Below are positions 1 to 9,300 of a stretch of DNA of 64,000 nucleotides, one piece after another. Below the pieces are notes generated by a model that worked only from the letters and a program-made list of their open reading frames with translations, did not search any database and had not been told where the DNA came from. Source of the DNA: Ostreococcus lucimarinus (Eukaryota); NCBI GenBank assembly GCA_000092065.1, contig CP000585.1. One strand, 5' to 3'. Numbering within the stretch: position 1 is the first letter of the stretch; the number at the start of each line of letters is the position of its first letter. The translations under genes were made by a program, and so were the position numbers.

Positions 1-20
1 TGTGTTCGCGTCGTCGCGGT

Positions 21-590
21 TCACCGTCGCTCATCACGACGCTCGGAATCGTCGCGGTGGAAATCCCGACTTCGACTTCTACTACGGCTTCGACGCCGCT
101 CGCGACGCTTCTCCTTCTTCCTTCGCCGCCGTCGACGCTCCGACGCCGAATCTGACGATTCCGAACTCGAATCACTATCATCGCTCGAATCACGTCCTCG
201 TCGTTTCTTCTTTCTCGACGACTTTTTCCGTCCTCGCCTTCGTTCGTCGTCTTCGTCTTCGTCGCTCCGCGCGTCTCGTCTCCGCCTCGACCCTTTACCC
301 TTCCTTCCCTCCCCGCTCGTCGACGTCAGCGGCGGTAACCCCAACGCCGCGCGCATCGCCGCCTCCTCCGCCGCTTTCACGCGCGCGAACTCGCTCGCGG
401 TCGATTTTTCATCCTCCGTCTCCTTGTCCCTGTTGTACCAGTACACGTCTTTGCCTTTGCACCACCTCCCCGTCGTCGCCTTGACGCTGTGCCCCAGGTA
501 GAACTCGCGATCGGCGCTTTCCTTGACGTCGTTCCACGAGAACTGATCGCGGCCGCCGCGCGTGCCGCCGCGCGCCGGCCCTTCGGCCAT
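21..590 (-). CDS. MMTAG2-like protein with conserved N-terminal domain and RS/RD/K-rich tail. The ORF extends to a GTG at 653; the first ATG is at 590.
   Basis: N-terminus MAEGPARGGTRGGRDQFSWNDVKESADREFYLGHSVKATTGRWCKGKDVYWY matches the conserved N-terminus of the multiple myeloma tumor-associated protein 2 family (GGxRGGxDQFxWxxVK...YLGxS...GRWxKG). The C-terminus is Arg/Ser/Asp/Lys-rich low complexity. The stop lies just inside the window edge. Confidence 0.6.
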   Translation of the reverse strand: MAEGPARGGTRGGRDQFSWNDVKESADREFYLGHSVKATTGRWCKGKDVYWYNRDKETEDEKSTASEFARVKAAEEAAMRAALGLPPLTSTSGEGRKGKGSRRRRDARSDEDEDDERRRGRKKSSRKKKRRGRDSSDDSDSSSESSDSASERRRRRRKKEKRRERRRSRSRSRSRDFHRDDSERRDERR

Positions 591-674
591 TCGCGTCGCG
601 TTTTGAGGTTTGTCCCAAAACAGCGCGCGCTTTTCGGCTCTTCGGGACGCCACATCGCGCGTCGTCGCCGGTCG

Positions 675-1997
675 ATGTCGCGCGCGCTCGCGGTCTCGAT
701 CGCGCCGAGCGACAGCGCGCGTCGCGCGCGATCGCGGACGCGAGAGAGAGGCGCGATGACGCGCGCGGCGGCGGCGGTGGCGCCGTTTGAGTTTCAGACG
801 GCGACGAGGATGGTTTTCGGGAGGGACGCGCTCGAGCGCGTCCCGGCGCTCGTGCGCGAGCTCGCGACGTTAGAGGGCGTGGACGTGGAAAAGAATCCGG
901 TGTTCATCGTCGCCGGGGAGTCGACGCGGTTTTCAGAGCGACTGGAGCGATTGTTGAGGGAGGGCGGCGTCGGCGGGACGACGCGGACGTTTCACTGCCC
1001 TCGCGGCGAACCGACGGTGGCGAGCGCGCTCAGCGCGACGGAAGCGGCGGTGGAAAGCGATTGTGGAATCGTCATCGCGATCGGTGGTGGGACTCCGGTG
1101 GACACGGCGAAGTGCGTGGCGGCGATGATTACGAACCGGCGACCCGGCGAAAATCCGGATTTGTACGAGTATCTCGAAGTCGTCGGACGCGCGCAGCCGC
1201 TGACGAAGCGCACGGCACCGTTCATCGCGATTCCCACCACAGCTGGACCGGGGGCAGAGGTGGCGAAAAACTCCGTTCTCGAGGCGGGTGATCGTAAGGT
1301 GTCGATGCGGCATCCATTCATGCTGCCGTCGGTGGCGGTGATAGATCCGATGTTGACGCTGAGTCTGCCGCGCGCGGTGACGGTGGACACTGGACTGGAC
1401 GCGCTCACGCAGTGCATCGAGCCGTACGTGTGTTGCGTGCCGAATCCGATGATTGATGCGATTTCCATGGCTGGCATCGTCGCCGGCGCTGGCGCGCTTC
1501 GCCGCGTCGTGGACGACGGCTCAGACATCGACGCGCGCGAGCAAATGTGCCTGTGCTCGTACTACGGCGGCTTGTCCTTGGCGAACGCCAAGCTCGGCGC
1601 CGTACACGGGTTCAGCGGAACGCTAGGTGGTTTACTACACGCGCCGCACGGCGCGATCTGCGCATCGCTGCTGCCGCACTCGTGGACGATTAACATCGCC
1701 GCGTTGGAGGGGCGCGTCGCCGCCGAAGATCCGGCGCTCGCCGCGCGCGCGCTCGAGCGATACGCGCAAGTCGCGCGCGCGATCACGGGGAACGCAGACG
1801 CCACGGTGCAAGACGGTATCGCGTGGATCGTCGATCTGTGCGAATACTGCGGCGTACCGGGATTGGGAAGCCTCGGATTGAAGGAATCCGATTTCGCCTC
1901 CGTCGTGGAGAAGTCAAAACAGAGTTCGTCCATGAAGGGCAACTGCGTGGCGCTGAACGACGCCGAGCTCACGGCGATGCTCAAACTCGCGATGTGA
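675..1997 (+). CDS. Iron-containing (group III) alcohol dehydrogenase family protein, hydroxyacid-oxoacid transhydrogenase/ADHFE1-like, with an Arg-rich N-terminal presequence
   Basis: Fe-ADH signature AIGGGTPVDTAKCVAAM and overall Fe-ADH architecture. The ORF opens at 489, but that overlaps the divergent MMTAG2-like gene; the first ATG at 675 gives MSRALAVSIAPSDSARRARSR, which looks like a mitochondrial presequence. Confidence 0.8.
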   Translation: MSRALAVSIAPSDSARRARSRTRERGAMTRAAAAVAPFEFQTATRMVFGRDALERVPALVRELATLEGVDVEKNPVFIVAGESTRFSERLERLLREGGVGGTTRTFHCPRGEPTVASALSATEAAVESDCGIVIAIGGGTPVDTAKCVAAMITNRRPGENPDLYEYLEVVGRAQPLTKRTAPFIAIPTTAGPGAEVAKNSVLEAGDRKVSMRHPFMLPSVAVIDPMLTLSLPRAVTVDTGLDALTQCIEPYVCCVPNPMIDAISMAGIVAGAGALRRVVDDGSDIDAREQMCLCSYYGGLSLANAKLGAVHGFSGTLGGLLHAPHGAICASLLPHSWTINIAALEGRVAAEDPALAARALERYAQVARAITGNADATVQDGIAWIVDLCEYCGVPGLGSLGLKESDFASVVEKSKQSSSMKGNCVALNDAELTAMLKLAM

Positions 1998-2045
1998 TCT
2001 CGACGCGCGACGACCATCTATTGTTTTTGATCACTACTGTACACG

Positions 2046-2149
2046 CGCTACAATTTAGCTACCCACGCGTCGACGGCGGCGCTTCGACCGCGCCTACGCG
2101 CGCTACAATTTAGCTACCCACGCGTCGACGGCGGCGCTTCGACCGCGCC
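2046..2149. repeat. Tandem direct repeat: two ~49-bp copies (cgctacaatttagctacccacgcgtcgacggcggcgcttcgaccgcgcc), period 55 bp
   Basis: Exact duplication visible at 2046-2094 and 2101-2149, just downstream of the ADH stop. Confidence 0.9.
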
Positions 2150-2777
2150 GCCACGCGTCGTCGTCCTCCTTCGACTTGTCCACGCGCAAACTCTCCGCCG
2201 CGCGCGTCCATCCAAACCGTCTCAAAGCCGCGTCCACGGCCAACCCCACGGCGTTACAATCCTCGACCACGCTTTGATTACTCCGATACGCCGCGCGATC
2301 GCCGATGATGTCGCAATCCCCGACCATCGCCGTCGCGTACCTCCGCCCGCGCGCGTCGCCCGCGCCGTCGCCGTTTCGCGCCTTCGCCTCCCTCAAAATC
2401 ATCTTCACCGCGTCCCGCGCCTCCGCCGCCGGTTCGTCGCCCTCCGCCGTCTCCACCACGAACACCACCGTCGCCTCTTCCTCCGTCGCCGCGTCCATCG
2501 CGCGTCTCGTCGCCGTCACCGCGCACGACGCCACCTCCGCGCGTCGTCCCGCGCCCTTCCTCGTCCACGCCGTCGCCACCATCGCGCTCATCTCCCGTCC
2601 CAGCGCGCCGCCGAGGCACACCACGCGCATCGCGTCTTCGCCGTCGCCGTCGCGCGTCGTCGCGCGTCGCGCGCGTCGTCGCGCGCGTCGCGCGATCGCG
2701 TCGAGCACCGCGTCGACGCACGCGCGCAGCGACCGCGCGACGTCCCAGAGCGCGTGCGCGCGCGTCGCGCGCGGCAT
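2103..2777 (-). CDS. Hypothetical protein (224-aa ORF; plausible ~175-aa core MRVVCLGGALG...RRFGW). Its 3' end runs into the 55-bp tandem repeat.
   Basis: Protein-like amino-acid diversity (K, E, D, I, M, N, Q, W present), unlike the pure R/A/P-rich artefact ORFs nearby. No family recognised. It is overlapped by several artefactual ORFs. Confidence 0.35.
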   Translation of the reverse strand: MPRATRAHALWDVARSLRACVDAVLDAIARRARRRARRATTRDGDGEDAMRVVCLGGALGREMSAMVATAWTRKGAGRRAEVASCAVTATRRAMDAATEEEATVVFVVETAEGDEPAAEARDAVKMILREAKARNGDGAGDARGRRYATAMVGDCDIIGDRAAYRSNQSVVEDCNAVGLAVDAALRRFGWTRAAESLRVDKSKEDDDAWRRGRSAAVDAWVAKL

Positions 2778-2790
2778 GCGCGCGCGGATG

Positions 2791-2905
2791 GCGATCGATC
2801 CGCGTCAGCGCGCCGTCGACGCGCGCGTATGCGCAAACAGTCACGGGTCGATCGATCCGCGTCAGCACGCGGCGTCGACGTGTGCGCAAACAGTCACGGG
2901 TCGAT
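2791..2905. repeat. Imperfect tandem duplication (~56-58 bp unit, cgatcgatccgcgtcagcgcg...tgcgcaaacagtcacgggt, two copies)
   Basis: Direct visual alignment of the two copies. Confidence 0.8.
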
Positions 2906-2940
2906 CGACATCTCGAAATCGCCGCGGCGCTACAGTGGAC

Positions 2941-3168
2941 CCGCTTTGAAGGGTGACGAATCGCCATGTAGCGCCGCGCGATTGCACGCTAAAATCGATA
3001 TAGTGTTGGACCGACCGCGACCGACCGACGGGGCGCGACGGCGCGCGCGCGCGCGAGAACCCGCTTTGAAGGGTGACGAATCGCCATGTAGCGCCGCGCG
3101 ATTGAGCTAAAATCGATATAGTGTTGGACCGATCGCGACGGCGCGACGGCGCGCGCGCGCGCGCGAGA
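2941..3168. repeat. Tandem duplication of a ~120-bp unit (cccgctttgaagggtgacgaatcgccatgtagcgccgcgcgattg...gctaaaatcgatatagtgttggaccga...)
   Basis: Copy A 2941-3060 and copy B 3061-~3168 are near identical, with small indels. Confidence 0.9.
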
Positions 3169-3179
3169 CGCGCGCGCGC

Positions 3180-3300
3180 GAGCGATCGCGACGCGAGACG
3201 CGGGAGACGATGCGGGAGACGTCGCGACGCGAGACGCGGGAGACGACGCGGGCGACGACGCGGGAGACGACGCGACGCGAGACGCGCGACGCGAGGCGCG
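3180..3300. repeat. Microsatellite-like (GAGACGCGG / GACGACGCGG)n tract in the 5' leader of the giant gene
   Basis: Reiterated gagacgcgg gagacgacgcgg gcgacgacgcgg units. Read in frame they give the (RET/TRE)n stretch of the ORF-track protein before the real signal peptide. Confidence 0.7.
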
Positions 3301-3323
3301 AACGTCGAGGAGGGCACGGGACG

Positions 3324-6300
3324 ATGCGGCGATGGCGATGCGTCGACGCCGTGGTCGTCGGCGCGGCGTTGATGTTGATGGCGACGGTGACGTCGGCGTT
3401 GTCGGCGCGCGGCGCGGGCGCGCACCGCGATGCGGAGGGCGAAGGCGATGTCGGCGGCGTCGTCGACGACGCGGCGGACGCGAGCCGCGGCGCGAACGAG
3501 ACGGCGGGGAACGACGCGACGGCCGCGCTCGGCTGGGGATGCGACGAGACGCTCCGAGGGTGGAGAGACGAAGGGTATCGAGGGTGCCAGACGAGGACGA
3601 GGAACGGTCGCACGTGTCAGCAGTGGGATTCGCAGTCGCCCCACGGGCACTCGAGACGAAACTGCGCCAAGGGCTCGTGCGGGCGCGGGAACAACTACTG
3701 CAGAAATCCTGACGGCGAACCCACGATCTGGTGCTACACGACGAACAGAAACGTACGCTGGGAGTATTGCGATCCGTTACCTCAACCGGTGCATTGTGCG
3801 GGACGTTGGGGTTCGTACACGTCGTGCGACGCCTTGTGCGGGAGCGGACGCAAATACAAGACATACACGGTGACCAGAAACGCACAGCACGGCGGCCGCT
3901 CGTGCAGTTATAGCAACGGGGCCAAACACTATGCAGATTGTACCACCTCGTGCGCCGCTCCGACGGTTTCCATCGGTAATCCGTTGACGCGCGTGGCGTC
4001 AAACACTGTTGATTTCGGTCTCTCGGTGAAACACTCCGTGGCGTGCGGCGGCGATTGTCTAACGTCAGCTTGGTCGAGGCGATGGATGGTTAAAATCTTC
4101 GCGACGGTCAGAAAAGACGGCGTTTCGTGTTCATCCTACGGCGCATATCTCCCTTGCAAGCGCTGGGACGATTTTCGAGACGACACGACGCACCCATCCC
4201 AGTTACTGGGATTGACCACGGACACGGGCGCGCTCGATCCGGGAACGTACGTGATCGAGTACGTGGCCGTCTTGAATCACTACATCACGAAGCAAGAGCT
4301 GTCGCGCACGACAGGGACGCACACTTTCTCCATCGAGCGCGGTTGCGAATCGATTTTACCTTCGGCGTCGTCGGACAGCGGCGTGGAAAACTCTGAACTC
4401 ACCAAGTACGTCCTGTTGTCGGCGGATGATTTCGTCCGCGCGCCGTGCGACAAACTTCACGACGTGCGGGAATCGATCTTTCGCAAGTACGACACCAATC
4501 CAACCGACGGCGTACTCGATTACGACGAGCTCGACCGCGCGATTCGCGAACAAGGTGGAGACGGGTACATCTTGAAAGTGTGGAACCAGATTCGCCCGCT
4601 TCGTCTGTCGCTCGGCCACTTCATGGAGGCGATCGTCGCGCCGCACACGTGCGCGTCGTCTGAAAGCGTGCAGTCCGTATCTTTTAAGAGCGTCGTGTAT
4701 CCGTCGACCGAGGCTGGTCGAGAGACGACGCGTAAGGATTGCGCGAAAAACGCCGGAGCGATGGCTGTGGACTGGGGGTACGGACCTAAAAATCCACCTA
4801 AGTCGGGAGACACTGTGTGCGTCTTTGTGGACGGCGTCTTGTTTCAAGTCAACGAGCCGAAAAACACAGCGCCGCCGCACAGTAAGGATCATCACTCCGA
4901 GGTGGCTGGACTGTGGACCCTGACAAAAATTACCGATAAGCGACCCGTCGTGGGTGCGATCGGGGACGTGCAACCGTCTCTCGTCGCGCAGTTCACCTTT
5001 GACACCGAGCGCGAGATTGGAGACACCGTCAGAAGCGATCGCATTTTCTCCGCGGCGCCGCTCGCCTCGGGAGAAAAGGCTAGACCGTACATTTCGTATT
5101 CAGGTCAGCATATATCCGCGTGCTCGGGAGCGTCCGGTGGTCAGTGCATCGTAGCACGCGGAGACGGTTTTAACTACGTCGGCGATTCACTCGGCGGCGC
5201 CGTCGCGTTTTCAGCTTGGGTCAGGGTCGCGGAGAGCTCGGCGACGACGTTGATTGAATTCAGCGGTACGGATGGACAACTGAGGAATTCTTTCACGTTG
5301 GTCATGGACTGTTCTTCATCCGCGTGTACGCTGCGCGCGTCGTACGATTCTGTCGGAACTGGTGGCAATCTCGCAAAGAAAGAAATTTCGGCGCCAATGC
5401 GTCAGTGGGTGCTCGTGGGTTTCACGCTCAGCCATAACGCCGGCTTGAAACTGTTCGCATTGCCGGACGATTCGACGTCGACGACGACTGCGAGTCACCC
5501 CTCGTGGCCGAAAGACACGCTTCCAAAACTTCCAAACATCAAGCTCTTCTCAGCGTCGAGGGGCGGTGGTCAGCAGCACATCGACGACGTTCGATTGTAC
5601 GCCGGCGTCATGGACATGGAAATGTTTTTCATCGCGCGCGACTGCGGACGAGGCACGTTGTGCGCAATGCGCGCGCACGCGACTCCTTCGCATCGCCGCG
5701 TCGTCTGCGTGTTCACGCAAGTCAAGGGCGCGAAGACGGGACAGCCTGCGTGCGCCGGCGCGTTGTACTACGACGGAACGGCGATCGACGTACGCGCATC
5801 GATGGATCTCGCTGGAGTCTTTTTTGAGTTTCGAGACACCGCCTGGGAAGAAAAGTCGTTTGAAATCGAGCGTAGAGCGCCGGCGGTCAACGGTAACTTT
5901 GACTCCAAATTTGATACCGTCGTTCTGATTGAAGGCGGGTTGAAGGGCTGCGCCGCAAAGTTCAGCTCCATCACATACATAGATAGGGATGCCTCGTACA
6001 CGCCCTACTCCGAATGGCTGTATCGCATCACGACGAAGAATCCGGATTCAGACGACGCAAATGAGATAACGTACTTGTTGTCTCCCCAGCTCACTTTCCG
6101 CACGCCTTGGATGTCGCAGATCGAGGGACGCGTGCTGGCCGGCGCGTCCACTGAGGGAGTTCGAAACGTGCGAATGTGTGCAGAATTCGACACATTCGTG
6201 ACGCGCACGCCGGCGACTGAAGATTTTCAAGCTGACGTTGAGTATGAGAATCTCGCCGCTTTCAAAAGTGTGACGCATTCAAACAGAGCTCAAACGTCTA

Positions 6301-9300
6301 CGTCATACGTCGTCACGGATGGCGATGATGCGGGCAAAAGCAGCAACGTCGACGCTAACGAGCACATACGAATCAATCTCGGCAGTTGGGCATCCGTGTC
6401 GACTGTGGAGGTGTGCCATAAACGTCTGGAATCATCGGCGACGTCGATGTTCAGCGCGCACGTCCAAGATTACGACCCGGGTAAAAGTACTTACTTTGGA
6501 CACGATTGTTTGATGGACTCGGTGAGGGACGTGTGCGACGAGACGCTCCGAGGCCAGGGAGGCATAGGGTATCGAGGGTGCCAGACGAAGACGAGGAGCG
6601 GCCGCACGTGTCAGCAGTGGGATTCGCAGTCGCCCCACGGGCACTCGAACCGAAATTGCGCCAAGGGCTCGTGCGGGAACAACTACTGCAGAAATCCTGA
6701 CGGCGCACCCACGATCTGGTGCTACACGACGGACAGATACAAACGCTGGGAGTATTGCGATCCGGATCCGTTACCACACGCGTGTTTGACGTACACGTGT
6801 AAAGGCACCGACGTGAATTCGTTTCACGGACAGTACGTCACCGTGAAAGCCCTGACGAAGGCTCAAGTGACGGAAATCAAGGTCAACGGTCGCAAGACGA
6901 AATGCAAGTACACCGCGGTCACCGACGATGACGGCGAATACGCGATGGATCTCAAAGACACCTCAGGCAAGCTTCCGGTGAAAGCGACGCTGCACATCGG
7001 GGCTTACAAGGAGGAAATTTTCCCTGAAACTACGGAAGTCTTGATTGACTCAAAGAGGAACGCTCAAGGACAGTACCCGGTCCCGAAGAGTCAGGCGCAC
7101 AACGTGTTGCTCATTCTTCGAGAGAATTTCGAAACCTCCGAGCTTGGAATGCTTCGAAACGACAGGCGAACCGAAACCACGTCTTCGCCGCACGCGTCGG
7201 CGAATGGAGTTTACGTGGACGAATTTGCAGCTATGCAAGAGCTCGGATACGACGAGTTTGAAAACGCTGATGAATTTGAAAACGGTTTGCAAAACGACCA
7301 AACAGAGTACGATGTCCATCACGATGGCGGAAATGAGACGGCGGGGAACAACACGACGGCCGCGCTCGGCTGGGGATGCGACGAGACGCTCCGAGGGTGG
7401 AGACACGAAGGGTATCGAGGGTGCCAGACGAGGACGAGGAGCGGTCGCACGTGTCAGCAGTGGGATTCGCAGTCGCCCCACAGGCACTCGAGACGAAACT
7501 GCGCCAAGGGCTCGTGCGGGAACAACTACTGCAGAAATCCTGACGGCGAACCCACGATCTGGTGCTACACGACGGACAGACGCAAACGCTGGGAGTATTG
7601 CAATCCGTTACCTCAACCAGTAAACTGCTACGGTTATTGGGGACAGTGGTCGAATGAGTGTACTCCAACTTGCACGAGCGGCCGACGTTACAGATGGAGG
7701 TACTACAGAATCTCGAGATATCCTAGGCATGGCGGTCTGAGTTGCTCGTACAAAAACGGGCAAAAGGGCTGGGGGTACTGTCCGCCGAAACCGTGTCCAG
7801 TGAATTGTGATGGCAGGTTTGGATCGTGGTCGACGTGTAGTGCGAAGTGTGGTTGGGGCAAGAGACAAAAGACGTTCACAATACACACAGCAGCGGCACA
7901 CGGCGGCCAATCGTGTAGTCACAAGAACGGGTACACGGTAACCGAAAACTGTTATTCCCAACACTGTCCGCCACCCCCGCCGCCACCCCCGCCACCAGGC
8001 GCCGCCGAGGTGGAGGAATTCATCGAGTGGGTGCTTTTGAAGGGCGTCGAATCAAATCGAAAAGGGCATGTCGAAAGGACGCTAACAGGGTCAGGATGGA
8101 CGGCGGGTGCTGTGAGTAAACGCGCCATTCGTGGAGCATCCGATACCGTTCGAGGCGTCTCCGCCGTGTGCAAAGAGTCGACGAGCCAACACAGGATGAT
8201 TGCGATGAATTCACAGTCGACTGCGGATTCCACCTCTTACCAAAGTCTTGATTTCGCAATTTACTGTTTTCCTTGGAACTCGGTGAGTTATGTACGAGTC
8301 TATGAGAGAGGCAAAGCTTTTGGGAATGCTGCAAAGGCGTATAGTGAGAGCGCCGTCGTTCAGATCGCGCTCAACGATGCCGGCAAGGTGGAGTATTTCG
8401 TGGACGGTTTGAAGCTCATGACGAGCGATCAGACGGTGACGTATCCACTTCACGTTGATGTGAGCCTACACGAACAAGGCGCGTCGCTGGAGGATGTGCG
8501 CTGGACTAGGAGAGTCTCGTCACCTCCGCCCTCACCTCCACCTTCGCCGCCTCCGTCCCCTCCGCCTTCGCCGCCTCCGCCCCCTCCGCCTTCCCCGCCT
8601 CCGCCGAATCACGAACTCGAGGACGTTGATTTCGACGGATCGGGTAATGTGATGCGGAGCGAGTTGGTCGACTACATTGAAGCTATCACAATATCGTCCG
8701 AAGGTGGCCACGTCATCATTACGGACGATGTATGGGCGAAGCTCGATCGGGATGAAGACGGCGTGCTCGACGCGACTGAATTTAAGGACGTTGTGAACCG
8801 TATCGAGGCGCAACAGTTGGTCGTGGAGCCAATCATCGTGTTCCCACTTCAAGATGCCCAGTACATGTACGATTTCAGCATGTTTCAGACGTCTGACGAC
8901 GCTGCAAATAGCGGCCCGCGCACGGGCCACGTGCTAGAAGGCGGCGAATCGTGTGAAAATTTGATGATTGTGAGAAGTCGCTCCGCCACTCTGCCGTTCG
9001 GAAACGCTCAATGGACAAAATTTTACGAGACATTGCGAGACGAGCAACACCGTTTCGAGTGCAGAAATCTGAGTAAAATCGAGGTTCCAGCAATCGACGT
9101 CGGCGCGGTGGACAGCACGTACGTCATACCCGTGCTCGCGCACAAGAACGGCACGAATTACCTCATACTCGACACCACGTCCGTCGCGGTGCATACGTCG
9201 AACGAGACGAAAGCGTTGGATATGATGCATCGAATGACTCGAGATAACTTTCGTCTGCGCGTTCAAGCCCAAAAGCGGCTTCCGGATATCTTGCACAGCT

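Larger units (their letters stand above)
2778..3323. promoter_or_regulatory. Repeat-rich putative bidirectional promoter and 5'UTR region between the 2103-2777 minus-strand ORF and the giant plus-strand gene
   Basis: Intergenic position. Contains a ~58-bp tandem duplication (2791-2905), a 120-bp tandem duplication (2941-3168) and a GAGACGCGG/GACGACGCGG microsatellite-like tract (3180-3300) immediately upstream of ATG 3324. Confidence 0.4.

Noticed and set aside
2-484. 160-aa plus-strand ORF at the window start
   Set aside because: It is antisense to the MMTAG2-like gene (21-653, minus), S/P/R-rich low complexity with no motif. A GC-rich frame artefact.
2046-3168. CRISPR-like array
   Set aside because: These are only two-copy tandem duplications of long units, with no short unique spacers and no cas genes. 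The context is eukaryotic.
2274-3650. Stack of overlapping ORFs (2274-3110+, 2278-2967-, 2305-2949+, 2862-3650-, 2989-4002-, 3107-3613-)
   Set aside because: They lie in the repeat-rich upstream region and antisense to the giant gene's GC-rich 5' end. Their translations are R/A/P/G homopolymer-like. The MPVGRLRIPLLTRA-type ORFs recur at 6432 and 7050 only because the kringle DNA is repeated.
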